DNA of 64,000 nucleotides from an uncultured Planctomycetia bacterium. GTDB lineage: Bacteria > Planctomycetota > UBA8108 > UBA1146. How positions within the stretch are numbered: position 1 is the first letter of the stretch; every line of letters starts with the position of its first letter. This document shows positions 36,274-46,387 of this stretch, piece by piece. Made by a program: the position numbers and the translations under genes. Below the pieces are notes generated by a model. That model did no database searches. It had not been told where the DNA came from and saw only the letters and a list, made by a program, of their open reading frames with translations. The stretch lies in the NCBI GenBank assembly GCA_964412635.1, contig CAYPPQ010000005.1, positions 8,179 through 72,178 of the forward strand, given 5' to 3'.

Positions 36274-39264
36274 CTAGCCGTGATGACGCTGGAACATGTT
36301 GCGGACCAGTTCGGTGTGATATTCGATCTCATCTCGTAACCGCTCTTCCGGTTTCCCCGCCGGAGTCGCATGAAATCCGATGCGGATCGCCAGTTGCCGC
36401 AGGCTTGCATCATCTTCCGAGATCGCCTTCACCGAAGCGCGATGCATCATCGCCAGACGATTCTCGACCATCCTGAGGAACTGGTAGGCGTTGTAGAGAG
36501 TCGTCGCCTCGCCACCAGCGAGCAGTTGAACCGATTCGAGGGCAGCGATGGCATCGCGGGTGCGCGACTTGAAGATCTCGGGATGTTTGTCCTGATGGAG
36601 CAGGATCAGGCTCTGCACCAGGAACTCGATGTCGATGAGTCCGCCACTGCCGTTGCGGAAATCGATGCCTTCCTTGTGACCGGATGCCTTCCTGCGCTGG
36701 TGCATCTGTCGCAGTTCGGTGACGATCTCGGTCGGCTCCACCCCGCGTCCGAGATTCTGATGGGTCCACTCCATCACCTCGTCACCGAGAGAGCTGTCGC
36801 CACAGATCGGTTGCATCCGCACCAGCGCCTGGTGTTCCCACAGCTGCGATCGATTGCCGAGGAAGTACTCCTGGAACTCGTCGAGATGGGTGACCAGCGC
36901 GCCACCCGCTCCGTCTGGACGCAGCCGCAGATCGACACTGTAGAGCGGCCCCCCCGTCCCCGACTGTGCGAGCATCTCCACCACGTGCTTGAGGTGTTCG
37001 GTCCAGAAGTGTCTCGCCTCGTGACCCCCACCGGTGACCCCGACCCCGTCGTGTACCACCATCATGTCGACATCGCTGGCAAAGCCCATCTCCCGGCCAC
37101 CGAGTCGTCCCAGCGCCAGCAGGCAGTGGCGGGTGTTTCCCTTCGCATCGTCGGTGACCAGCGAACCGAGTAACTGCTCGGTTTTCTTCAGGGCCAGTTC
37201 GTCGATGACGCTCAGGATCGCCGTGGCGATGCTGGAGAGTCCCTGAAGAACCCGGTCGTGGGGCATCCGACCGCTCAGATCGAGGATTCCGATGTGTACC
37301 GTGTGTAACGCCCGGAACTCGTGGAGTCGCTGGAAGATCAGCTTCTGGTCATCGACACCGTCGAGGGTAGAGCGCAGTTCCTCCACCAGCAACTGGTCGG
37401 AAGCGATGCGCCCGGTACGCACTCGATCGACCACCTCGTCGAGCACTCCTGGATGATTCAGCAACAACTCCGACAGGTAACGACTCTGACCGAACAGGTC
37501 GACGAAGATCTTGCAGGTCTCGGGGTTCTCCGTCAGCTGCTGGTAAAAGACCGCCGGTGCTCCCAGCGTCTCCACGCAGTGGACGAACATCAGCACCGCC
37601 TGATCGGGGTCGGGACTCGATCGAAAGGCATCGAGCAGTACCGGAAAGAGCGCCGCAAGGTGATGCCTTGCCCGTGGCGATCGCAGCCCTCTATGGCGTG
37701 GAAACGCCAGTCTTCGCAACAACCGGTACGCCTTCTCCGGATCACGGAAGGAGAAACCTCCGAATACCCGCTCGATCACCTCCGGCTCGGGTCGGAAGGC
37801 GAGAACGACGTGAACCTCACCGGCCTGTTCGTCGCCGTAGCCACGGAACAGGTCGTGGAAGAGACGATCGAGGATCTCGCGGATCCGATCGCGCCGACCA
37901 TCGAGGGCGCTCTTCAGCTGGTCACTTCCTTCGAAACCGAGAGAGCGAGCCAGCGCGCGGTAGAGGGACGGATCATCGGGGAGGCTGAAGGACTGACGTC
38001 GATGTTGCAGCATCCGGTGATGCTCCACTTTTCTCAGAAAGCGATAGCCGTCGAGGACCCGCGCCGCCTCGGTGGAGGTGAGGGCCCCGATCACTCCCAG
38101 TCTCTTGAGTGCGTGGTAGACGTTGCCGCCACGAATCGACTCGTGCACCTGGCCATGGAGCAGTTGCAGGAACTGCACCAGGTACTCGACGTCGCGAATT
38201 CCACCCCAACCCACCTTCAACTCGGCGGCATCCTGACCGGCGGGGCTGCTCTCCAGCACCTCTTTCCACCCCTGAAGGCGACGGATCTCATCGAGATCGA
38301 AGGGACGCTGGTAGACGAAGTGTTCCACCTCCGCCAGCAGCCTGGGCAACCCCTTGGTGGCGTCGTGCACTGCACGGCTACGGATGTGAACGATTCGCTC
38401 CCAGGTACCCGCCACCGCATGAAACTCGTTGCGCGCCTGACTCACCGTCGGCACCAGTGGCCCGGTGATGCCACCGGGACGCAATCGAAGATCGGTGCGA
38501 TAGATCGGTACCGAACCGGTATTGCCCGCAAACATCCGCAGGATCCCCCGGGCCACCGCCTCACAGGGACCCGCCGGGGTACCGTCGTCGCGGATGAAGT
38601 ACAGGTCGATGTCGCTGGAGAAGTTCAGTTCCCGGCCACCCCACTTGCCGAGGGCGACGACTCCCATCGCCAGATCCTTGCCCCCCAGTACATCGATGGC
38701 GCAGCGGATGGTGTGATCCGCCAGGTCGCTGAGTGCAAAGCCGGTTTGATCCACATCGAGAACACCCTCCAGCTCGCAACAGACGATGCGAAGCTGTTCC
38801 TTGCGGTGCCATCGATGCAGCGCCCTGGCACGGGCGGTCTCATCGGCGCCGCCGATCTTGGGAGGGTGCGGGATGTGATCGGGGGATTCGATGAAATCAG
38901 CAGAGGTCGCATCGAGCAGGTGTCCCTGGGCGAGGTCCGCCATCGGTTCTCCGGCACCGAGGATCTTCACCAGTCTCTGGAATCGATCCTGTTCGAGGAT
39001 CGCCGGCGGAAAACCGAGGGAAGAGCACAGCAGTCTCTCCAGCCCCCCCAGCGCCGCATCGGCATCGGATGCGACCTCGAGAGCCTCGAAGATACGAGGC
39101 TCCATCTCCTCGCCGATCTCCCTCAGGACCGATCGCAGGTTCCACATCGCCCGGTCTGCGGTCTCGATGCCGAGGTTGGCAAACGCCTGCCGGCGAATCT
39201 GCTCCGGATCCAGATGAGAGGAAGAGGGTGGCTCAGGGCCGGTTCCTGGTAGATTTCCCGTCAC
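36274..39264 (-). CDS. glnE: Bifunctional glutamine synthetase adenylyltransferase/adenylyl-removing enzyme
   Basis: Two nucleotidyltransferase cores (GKWGGRELNFSSDIDLYFI and LGRLGGREMGFASDVDMMVV) in a 996-aa protein. GTG start per the ORF track. Confidence 0.85.
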   Translation of the reverse strand: MTGNLPGTGPEPPSSSHLDPEQIRRQAFANLGIETADRAMWNLRSVLREIGEEMEPRIFEALEVASDADAALGGLERLLCSSLGFPPAILEQDRFQRLVKILGAGEPMADLAQGHLLDATSADFIESPDHIPHPPKIGGADETARARALHRWHRKEQLRIVCCELEGVLDVDQTGFALSDLADHTIRCAIDVLGGKDLAMGVVALGKWGGRELNFSSDIDLYFIRDDGTPAGPCEAVARGILRMFAGNTGSVPIYRTDLRLRPGGITGPLVPTVSQARNEFHAVAGTWERIVHIRSRAVHDATKGLPRLLAEVEHFVYQRPFDLDEIRRLQGWKEVLESSPAGQDAAELKVGWGGIRDVEYLVQFLQLLHGQVHESIRGGNVYHALKRLGVIGALTSTEAARVLDGYRFLRKVEHHRMLQHRRQSFSLPDDPSLYRALARSLGFEGSDQLKSALDGRRDRIREILDRLFHDLFRGYGDEQAGEVHVVLAFRPEPEVIERVFGGFSFRDPEKAYRLLRRLAFPRHRGLRSPRARHHLAALFPVLLDAFRSSPDPDQAVLMFVHCVETLGAPAVFYQQLTENPETCKIFVDLFGQSRYLSELLLNHPGVLDEVVDRVRTGRIASDQLLVEELRSTLDGVDDQKLIFQRLHEFRALHTVHIGILDLSGRMPHDRVLQGLSSIATAILSVIDELALKKTEQLLGSLVTDDAKGNTRHCLLALGRLGGREMGFASDVDMMVVHDGVGVTGGGHEARHFWTEHLKHVVEMLAQSGTGGPLYSVDLRLRPDGAGGALVTHLDEFQEYFLGNRSQLWEHQALVRMQPICGDSSLGDEVMEWTHQNLGRGVEPTEIVTELRQMHQRRKASGHKEGIDFRNGSGGLIDIEFLVQSLILLHQDKHPEIFKSRTRDAIAALESVQLLAGGEATTLYNAYQFLRMVENRLAMMHRASVKAISEDDASLRQLAIRIGFHATPAGKPEERLRDEIEYHTELVRNMFQRHHG

Positions 39265-39463
39265 CGGCGACTCCCCTCGATCCCGGGCCAGGAGGCGGAT
39301 CTCCGTCGATCTCGCCCCGTATCATGCCGCTGCCAGTCAGCGATTGCAGGCCACATCCTGCTCCCGGATGGCCCCTCATGGAACCCTTCACTCCGGTTTG
39401 CGTGATCTCCCCCGGCGACCCCGGTATCCTGACGGCGATCCGGCACGATCCTGAGTTCGTCGG

Positions 39464-40462
39464 ATGAGGAGGGACACCTTGAGTTCCACGACTGCCACCA
39501 GTCAACCGAGATTCGGACCCCGCAGCGGCAACAAGCCGGTGGGAGGCCATGTCGATGCTCCCCTGTCGACCCGTCGCCAGGATTTCTGGCAGATGGGCCC
39601 GCTGTTGACGCTACTCGGCTTCGGTACCTTCGTCGTCTACGTCACCTTCCGTGCCTTCCACGGACTCGACTACTACGCCGCCCCCTACCTCTCTCCCTTT
39701 TACTCGCCACTGGTCTACGCCAACCCCGAGTACTTCGCCGGCTCCCCCACATTTCATTCCCTGATGGGGAACCTGCCCGAAGGTGCCCTCGGCATCTGGG
39801 ATCAGATGGTGTCGTGGCTGCCGGTGGCGTTACCCCTCTCCCCTGCCTTCTTCATCCTGATGTTCCCGGCATCGTTTCGTGGCACCTGCTACTACTACCG
39901 CAAGGCGTATTACCGCAGTGTCGTCGGATCCCCCGCCGGCTGTACCGTCTGCCCGCTGGCGCAGGGAACCTACCACGGAGAGACGAAGTTGCTGCTGATC
40001 CAGAACCTGCATCGCTATGCGATGTACGGTGCCGTCGCCTTCATCTTCATCCTCGGTTACGACTTCTGGCTGTCGATGTGGATGCCGGTCGATGGCAGCG
40101 GAGCGATGTGGATCTCCAACGAGGCCTCCGGGAATGTGCCCGCCGACTACCAGTTCGGATTCGGGGTCGGTTCGCTGGTGATGCTGCTCAACGTCGTATT
40201 CCTGGGGGGCTACACCTTCGGCTGCCACTCGTGGCGGCACGTGGTGGGAGGCCGTCTCAATCGCTTCGCCAGTGGAGATGGCTCCACCGGACTCTCCTAC
40301 CTGGTGTGGAAGGGTTCCACCTGGCTCAACGAACGCCACATGCCGTTCGCCTGGATCAGCTTGTTCTGGGTGATGTTCACCGATCTCTACGTACTCGCAG
40401 TCTGTAACGGCTGGATCACCGATCTCAACAGCTGGTCGATGTCACCGGTGACCGGGCAGTAA
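39464..40462 (+). CDS. Polytopic membrane protein, putative haem-b membrane anchor of the downstream succinate dehydrogenase/fumarate reductase
   Basis: Five predicted TM helices with conserved His residues (FHGL, HRYAMYG, CHSWRH). Immediately upstream of sdhA/sdhB. Unusually long at 332 aa, and an internal ATG at MGPLLTLLGF is possible. No direct family motif recognised. Confidence 0.4.
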   Translation: MRRDTLSSTTATSQPRFGPRSGNKPVGGHVDAPLSTRRQDFWQMGPLLTLLGFGTFVVYVTFRAFHGLDYYAAPYLSPFYSPLVYANPEYFAGSPTFHSLMGNLPEGALGIWDQMVSWLPVALPLSPAFFILMFPASFRGTCYYYRKAYYRSVVGSPAGCTVCPLAQGTYHGETKLLLIQNLHRYAMYGAVAFIFILGYDFWLSMWMPVDGSGAMWISNEASGNVPADYQFGFGVGSLVMLLNVVFLGGYTFGCHSWRHVVGGRLNRFASGDGSTGLSYLVWKGSTWLNERHMPFAWISLFWVMFTDLYVLAVCNGWITDLNSWSMSPVTGQ

Positions 40463-40478
40463 CAGGGAGGAAACCACC

Positions 40479-42305
40479 ATGATCGAACTCGACGAGATTC
40501 AAACGATTGAACACGATGTGCTGGTGGTCGGTGCCGGCGGTGCGGGACTGCGTGCCGCCATCGAGACTTCGAACCTGGGACTGAGTACCGGAGTCATCAC
40601 CAAGAGTCTGCTGGGCAAGGCCCATACCGTCATGGCCGAAGGTGGCATGGCCGCGGCACTCGGCAATGTCGACTCCCGCGACAGCTGGAAGATCCACTTC
40701 CGCGACACGATGCGTGGCGGCAAGTTTCTCAACAAGTGGGAGATGGCAGAGATCCACGCCAAGGAAGCTCCCGATCGGGTACGAGAACTGGAGGACTGGG
40801 GCGCCGTGTTCGATCGCACCCGCACCGGTCTGATCAACCAGAGAAACTTCGGCGGCCATCGCTATCCTCGCCTCGCCCACGTCGGCGACCGCACCGGCCT
40901 CGAGTTGATCCGTACCCTGCAAGACCACGGCATCCATCAGGGAATGGATGTGCACATGGAGTGCATCGGCATCGATCTGCTGCAGGACGGCGGAAAGATC
41001 AGCGGCATGCTCGCCTACTGGCGAGAGACGGGTCGCTTCGTGGTGTTCCGTGCCCCGGTGGTGATCTTCGCCACCGGTGGTGCCGGCAAGGCGTGGCGCG
41101 TCACCTCCAACTCGTGGGAATACTCGGGAGATGGTTACGGCATGGCCGCTCGCGCCGGCGCCGAACTGCTCGACATGGAGTTCACCCAGTTCCACCCCAC
41201 CGGCATGGTGTGGCCCCCTTCGGTACGAGGCACCCTCGTCACCGAGGGAGTGCGTGGTGAAGGGGGAATCCTCACCAACTCCGAGGGTGTCCGCTTCATG
41301 TTCGACAACATCCCCGAACGATTCGCACCGGAGACCGCCGACACCAGGGAAGAAGCGCAACTGTGGCTCGACGGCGACCGCGAGGCGCGTCGCCCACCCG
41401 AACTGCTGACCCGCGATGTGGTGGCCCGCGCCATCATGCGCGAGGTGAAGGCGGGACGCGGCTCCGAGCATGGCGGTGCCTACCTCGACATCAGCCATCG
41501 CGACAGCGACTTCGTGAAGCGCAAGCTGCCGTCGATGTACCACCAGTTCAAGGAGCTGGCTGAGGTCGACATCACCGCCCAGCCGATGGAGGTGGGTCCG
41601 ACACTGCACTACTACATGGGTGGCATCCGTGTCGACGCAGAAAGCCAGATGACCAACGTGCCGGGGCTCTTCGCCGCCGGCGAGTGTGGAGCGGGCCTGC
41701 ACGGGGCCAACCGTCTCGGCGGCAACAGCCTCTCCGACCTGATCGTCTTCGGTGCCCGCGCCGGTCTCGGTGCCAAGGCCTACCTCGACGCCCTCTCTGG
41801 TACCCCGACCGTGCAACAGGAACAGGTCCACGAGCAGATGCGCTCGGTGATCGACTTCCTCAACCGCGAGGATGGAGAGAACCCCTACGTCGTCGTCGAC
41901 GACCTGCAGACGACGATGGAACAGCATGTCGGCATCGTTCGAGAGGGCGCCGAGCTGGAGGAGGGGATCGAAAAGTTGCAGAAACTGAAGGCGCGTGCCG
42001 CCAAGGTGAAGGCGCATGCCACCAGCCAGTACAACCCCGGCTGGAACACCTGCATCGACCTGCGCAACATGATCCTCTCTGCCGAGGCCACCGCCCGCTG
42101 CGCCCTGCAGCGGGAGGAGAGTCGCGGTGCCCACACCCGTCTCGATTTCGAGGGAGAACGGGAAGAGGGACTCACCTTCAACAGTGTCGTCAAGCTGGTC
42201 GACGGCAAGGTCGAGGCGCGCAAGGATCCACGACCCACTCCCCCCGAGGAGCTGGCGAAGATCGCCAACGCATCGCTGGAAGATCTGGAGGGTAGCCGTG
42301 TCTGA
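40479..42305 (+). CDS. sdhA: Succinate dehydrogenase/fumarate reductase flavoprotein subunit
   Basis: FAD-binding VLVVGAGGAGLRAAIE. RSHTV-equivalent region HFRDTMRGG. Active-site region HYYMGGIRVD. ECGAGLHGANRLGGNSL. Confidence 0.9.
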   Translation: MIELDEIQTIEHDVLVVGAGGAGLRAAIETSNLGLSTGVITKSLLGKAHTVMAEGGMAAALGNVDSRDSWKIHFRDTMRGGKFLNKWEMAEIHAKEAPDRVRELEDWGAVFDRTRTGLINQRNFGGHRYPRLAHVGDRTGLELIRTLQDHGIHQGMDVHMECIGIDLLQDGGKISGMLAYWRETGRFVVFRAPVVIFATGGAGKAWRVTSNSWEYSGDGYGMAARAGAELLDMEFTQFHPTGMVWPPSVRGTLVTEGVRGEGGILTNSEGVRFMFDNIPERFAPETADTREEAQLWLDGDREARRPPELLTRDVVARAIMREVKAGRGSEHGGAYLDISHRDSDFVKRKLPSMYHQFKELAEVDITAQPMEVGPTLHYYMGGIRVDAESQMTNVPGLFAAGECGAGLHGANRLGGNSLSDLIVFGARAGLGAKAYLDALSGTPTVQQEQVHEQMRSVIDFLNREDGENPYVVVDDLQTTMEQHVGIVREGAELEEGIEKLQKLKARAAKVKAHATSQYNPGWNTCIDLRNMILSAEATARCALQREESRGAHTRLDFEGEREEGLTFNSVVKLVDGKVEARKDPRPTPPEELAKIANASLEDLEGSRV

Positions 42306-43062
42306 AAGAACGTTCCGGGTGTGGCGCGGCAATCAAGACGATGGAGGCGACTTCGTCGACTACACCATCGATGTCCAGCCTGGCATGGTGGTCCTCGATT
42401 GCATCCACGAGATCCAGAAGCAACACGCCCCCGATCTCGCCTGCCGCTGGAACTGCAAGGCGGGCAAGTGCGGAAGTTGCAGCATGGAGATCAACGGCAA
42501 GCCGGGACTCTCCTGCATGACCCGCATGAACACCTTCGAGGAGGACGAGACCATCACGGTGCAGCCGCTGAAGACCTTCCCGGTGATCCGCGACCTGACC
42601 AATGATGTCTCCTGGAACTACCAGCAGAACAAACGGATCCGCCCCTTCGCCCCGCGACCGAGAGATCCCGACGGCGAGCACCGCATGATGCAGGAGGATG
42701 TCGACCGGGTGCAGGAGTTCCGCAAGTGCATCGAGTGCTTCCTGTGCCAGGATGTGTGTCACATCCTGCGTGACCGCGAGACAGAGCAGAACTTCGCCGG
42801 TCCCAGATTCATGGTGCGCCTCGCCAGCCTCGACATGCATCCCCTCGATACCGACGACCGAATCCAGGAGGTCAAGGACGAGAGCGGCTCCGGCCTCTGT
42901 AACATCACCCGCTGCTGCACCGAAGCGTGCCCCGAACACATCAACATCACCGACAACGCCATCATCCCGCTGAAGGAAAGAGTGGTCGACCGCTTCTACG
43001 ACCCCCTCATGTGGCTGATGCGCAAACTCCGCCCAGGGAAGAAAGAAACCGTGAAGAACTGA
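42298..43062 (+). CDS. sdhB: Succinate dehydrogenase/fumarate reductase iron-sulfur subunit
   Basis: GTG start overlapping the sdhA stop by 8 nt. 2Fe-2S CRWNCKAGKCGSCSMEING. 4Fe-4S/3Fe-4S CIECFLCQDVC and CTEACP. The track start at 42127 lies inside sdhA and is rejected. Confidence 0.85.
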   Translation: MSERTFRVWRGNQDDGGDFVDYTIDVQPGMVVLDCIHEIQKQHAPDLACRWNCKAGKCGSCSMEINGKPGLSCMTRMNTFEEDETITVQPLKTFPVIRDLTNDVSWNYQQNKRIRPFAPRPRDPDGEHRMMQEDVDRVQEFRKCIECFLCQDVCHILRDRETEQNFAGPRFMVRLASLDMHPLDTDDRIQEVKDESGSGLCNITRCCTEACPEHINITDNAIIPLKERVVDRFYDPLMWLMRKLRPGKKETVKN

Positions 43063-43076
43063 TCGGTTCTTTCCTC

Positions 43077-43122
43077 AAACAAAAACCCCCGGGCTGGAGA
43101 TCGCTCCAGCCCGGGGGTTTTT
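43077..43122. terminator. Strong bidirectional rho-independent terminator
   Basis: Perfect 13-bp GC-rich stem CCCCCGGGCTGGA / TCCAGCCCGGGGG flanked by an A-run upstream and a T5 run downstream. Lies between convergent sdhB (+) and the 43141-44043 gene (-). Confidence 0.8.
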
Positions 43123-43140
43123 CATGGGCTTCTCACCATC

Positions 43141-44043
43141 CTACCGTTGCTTCTGCAGCTCTTTCTCCACCCACCGAGTCACCGGGGTGTCCGGTTTCAA
43201 GACAGGTGCCAACAGATCCCACGAAACGTAAGCCACAGGAAATCCATGGATGCCAGAAGAGAACGCATAATTTTGAAAGATAATCTTTAGCCCCTCTTCG
43301 ATGACGAGAAACTGGTCAAAATGAAACTGCTCGAAGGGAAGATACTCGTCGAAGGGCGCGTAACCCTGCCTCCGAAGATCTGCTTCCACCTCCTTCGCAA
43401 GCACCGCAAACCAATCTCCTCCCGATGAATCGTCAAAAAGATCTTTAAGCTCAATTTCCTGCATGGCTGAACCGTTCAAGACAAAGTTACGACCCTTAAT
43501 CGAAATACCCTCATGAGACGCCGCATCGTCATAAAAGCACCAATAATCCTTCAGGCTCACCACTTCCGAGGTACAGAGTCCTTTTTGAAAGGTGCGAATA
43601 AGAGTGCTGTCGTGGACAATGAAGTGTTGTGCAGAGTACAATAAGTACAACTGACGTGGCTCCAGAGAAGTGTCTCGTATCCTTTTGGCAACGGCCCGGA
43701 TCTCCTCCTGAAGAAATTTGAAGACCTCCTCATAAAGTGGCTCGTTACAGTCGAGCTGGGGAATCTCTGCTTTAAAGAAATCTTCCTTGCCCTTGGTAAA
43801 GACAGAGAAGCCCGTTTTTTGCCAAAAGGCCCAGACTTTTTGGTCCACGCTTGAAACCGGCAATCGGAATTCGATGCCGCGATGGCCATAATAGGATTCG
43901 CCAGCTTTTCGGGTGTCCCAACGCTCATTAAAGGAAGGGGCCGCTGCAAGTCTCACGCACTCCACTGCAAGCGGCATCAAGAATGCCGCGACGATCAACA
44001 ACTTGTTCAAGAGAACCTCTACATCGATCAATGCGGCGTGCAT
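43141..44043 (-). CDS. Hypothetical secreted protein in a low-GC island (weak resemblance to DUF3298/RsiV-like C-terminal domains)
   Basis: ATG start. N-terminal hydrophobic signal-like segment. Gene GC is roughly 48% against roughly 62% in the flanks. Lys/Phe/Tyr-rich composition. AT-rich promoter region upstream (44044-44191). Confidence 0.55.
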   Translation of the reverse strand: MHAALIDVEVLLNKLLIVAAFLMPLAVECVRLAAAPSFNERWDTRKAGESYYGHRGIEFRLPVSSVDQKVWAFWQKTGFSVFTKGKEDFFKAEIPQLDCNEPLYEEVFKFLQEEIRAVAKRIRDTSLEPRQLYLLYSAQHFIVHDSTLIRTFQKGLCTSEVVSLKDYWCFYDDAASHEGISIKGRNFVLNGSAMQEIELKDLFDDSSGGDWFAVLAKEVEADLRRQGYAPFDEYLPFEQFHFDQFLVIEEGLKIIFQNYAFSSGIHGFPVAYVSWDLLAPVLKPDTPVTRWVEKELQKQR

Positions 44044-44191
44044 CGGACAGAGTCCCGATCCTCACTGTAGCAAAAATAATAAATATGTCGGCAACTATTT
44101 TCCGTCGCACTGGATGGCCTTCGAAGGAGAGTCTCATTTCTCAGCGCCACGACAAATCGATGGGATGTCGCCGGTGGCTGCGGAGTTGCGA

Positions 44192-46156
44192 TCAGCCCTG
44201 GCCCAGGGCGAGCAGTTTCCTGACTCGATCGTTCAGTTCATCGGCGGTGAAGGGTTTCTGCAGGAACAGGGTCGGGCAGGTTGCGCTGGGGTTTTCCGTC
44301 ATCACCTGGTTGCCCGAGATGAAGAGCACTGGCAGCGCTCTGCGGCGATTTCGGAATCGCTCCACCACCTTGTCTCCATCCATCCCTGGCATGCGGATAT
44401 CGGAGATCACCGCATCGAAGTGAGAGAGCTGGTGCTCGTGCTCCTCCAGTGCCAGCAGTCCGTTGCTGGCAGATGTGACCTTGTATCCCTCGTCGAGGAG
44501 GGCCTGTTCGATGATCTCCCGGATCATCTCCTCGTCCTCGATCAACAACAGGCTGGGGATCTTGGAGGATTCGCTGCTTGGTTTCGATACCTGTGGTAAC
44601 CACACCTTGAAGGTGGTGCCGACACCCTGTTTCGTCGTGAAATCGATCCAGCCCCCTGCTGCCCGGACCATGTTATGGACGATGGCGAGGCCCAGGCCGT
44701 TGCCGAGTCCCCTCTCCTTGCTCGTCTCGTACGGTTGAAAGAGCTTCTCGACCATCTCCCGGGGGATGCCGGTTCCCTCGTCAGAGACCTCGATCACCGA
44801 GTAGTGATGGGCAGGATCGAGGGCATCGGGAATCGAAGCGGCGTCGAAGGAAGAAGCGTTTTCCACCAGGATCTCGATCTTGCCACCATCCGGCATCGCA
44901 TCTCTGGAGTTGGTAACCAGGTTCATGACGATCTGCGAGATGATGTGTTCCTCGACGGCAATCTCCGAGATGGCACCGTGCGACCGCACCGTCATGTCGA
45001 TCCCGGGACCGAGCAGCGGTTCCCACAACGGCTCCATCTCCTCGATGAAACGGGGCAGCGCGACGGAACCGGGGCGAGAGGGATCGAGGGATCTGCGACT
45101 GAGTTTGAGGAGTTGCTCGGTGACCCCCTTGCCCAGTTGTGCGGCGTTGAAGATCTGCTCCAGATTCTTGTGCAGATCCTCAGTCAGTTCCGGTTTCTTC
45201 AGCGACACCTCTGCGTAGCCGATGATGATGGTCAGCAAGTTGGAGAAATCATGGGCAACATTTCCTGCGATGACGCCGAGTTGGTCCATGCCATTGAGGG
45301 CAGCCAGCGCAGCATCCTTGCGAGAAACCTTCTCCTCCAGATCCTGCGCCTCCTCGTTGCGTGCTTCCACCAGCGCACCGATGGCACGGGCGAGCACCAT
45401 CTCCTCGAGGATCCACAGTTCCTCCGCCTCCACCTCGAACTCCCCACCCGGTTTATGCGCCGATTCGGAGGCTGCGCTGAGACGCTCCAGGGGAGTGGCG
45501 ATGGCGTTACTGACGCCATAGCCGAAGGCGACGATCATCGTCAGAGCCAGCAGCGCCAGCAGACTCAGTGTCCACATCGTGCTCTTCAGCTCCTCCTGGA
45601 TCCTCTCCCGACCTCGATCGGTATAGGTCGCCATCGAGGAGTCGAAGGTTGCACTCTTCTCGACCACCTGATCACTCATCTGCATCAAGGTCTGTACATC
45701 GATCCCCTCCGATGCATCGAGGTAGAGATCGTACGCATACAGGTACAACACGATCTCGTCCTGGAAGGATGAGAAGTGTTCTCTCGCCCCCTCAAAAGCG
45801 ACCGGATCCAGTTCCTGGTACTCCAGCGTGAACTCCTTCTCGAACTGATCGAGGGAACTCTTCAGAAGTTGTTTCGTCTCGTCGATCTTCTTTCGAAGGA
45901 GGGGGCCGGCCACATCGACATGGATCTCGATCAGGTCGGTGACGACATGGAACTGGTCCAGATCCCTGTCGATCTTCTTGTGCAGGAAGGAAAAGTGATC
46001 GAGTCCACGCTCGAGACGATTGCCGTGCTTCAACTGCTGGAAGTAATTTCCCGTCACCAATGCCGTCAGGATCATGGTGATTCCGATGGCAGAGGTGAGA
46101 CTGAGGAGGAGCATCGAACGAACGGACATCGTCCATCGATGTTGAGCTTTCTTCAC
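44192..46156 (-). CDS. Hybrid sensor histidine kinase/response regulator with a periplasmic sensor domain
   Basis: GGGAGG SD followed by GTG. Two TM helices bracketing a sensor domain. HisKA (VAHDFSNLLTII). HATPase_c (NLVTNSRDAM, DEGTGIP, GLGLAIV). C-terminal receiver (LLLIEDEEMIR...DAVISDIRMPGMDG). Confidence 0.85.
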   Translation of the reverse strand: MKKAQHRWTMSVRSMLLLSLTSAIGITMILTALVTGNYFQQLKHGNRLERGLDHFSFLHKKIDRDLDQFHVVTDLIEIHVDVAGPLLRKKIDETKQLLKSSLDQFEKEFTLEYQELDPVAFEGAREHFSSFQDEIVLYLYAYDLYLDASEGIDVQTLMQMSDQVVEKSATFDSSMATYTDRGRERIQEELKSTMWTLSLLALLALTMIVAFGYGVSNAIATPLERLSAASESAHKPGGEFEVEAEELWILEEMVLARAIGALVEARNEEAQDLEEKVSRKDAALAALNGMDQLGVIAGNVAHDFSNLLTIIIGYAEVSLKKPELTEDLHKNLEQIFNAAQLGKGVTEQLLKLSRRSLDPSRPGSVALPRFIEEMEPLWEPLLGPGIDMTVRSHGAISEIAVEEHIISQIVMNLVTNSRDAMPDGGKIEILVENASSFDAASIPDALDPAHHYSVIEVSDEGTGIPREMVEKLFQPYETSKERGLGNGLGLAIVHNMVRAAGGWIDFTTKQGVGTTFKVWLPQVSKPSSESSKIPSLLLIEDEEMIREIIEQALLDEGYKVTSASNGLLALEEHEHQLSHFDAVISDIRMPGMDGDKVVERFRNRRRALPVLFISGNQVMTENPSATCPTLFLQKPFTADELNDRVRKLLALGQG

Positions 46157-46387
46157 GAAGCACCTCCCACGACGGCCGCTCTACTGGAGTTCACATCTTC
46201 GGCTAACGAACAAACCATCCGGGCATAACGAGTCAACGTGGCTTCCCGTTCCCCACGGCACTCCATTCTCCACGATCCCTTCCGCTGCATCTCCCTGTTT
46301 CTTCCTAAACTGTTATATTATTGAATCTTATGGATTTCTCCGTGGGCCGGAAAGTGGGCCGATTCTTCCCTCTTCGTCAACCCGGGG

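Noticed and set aside
36274-39264. glnE as an anomaly (no glnA/glnB nearby)
   Set aside because: GlnE genes are frequently unlinked from glnA, so this is not informative without genome context.
42127-42297. Extended N-terminus of sdhB given by the ORF track
   Set aside because: It runs inside sdhA in another frame. A GTG start at 42298 gives a normal-length iron-sulfur subunit beginning right at the sdhA stop.
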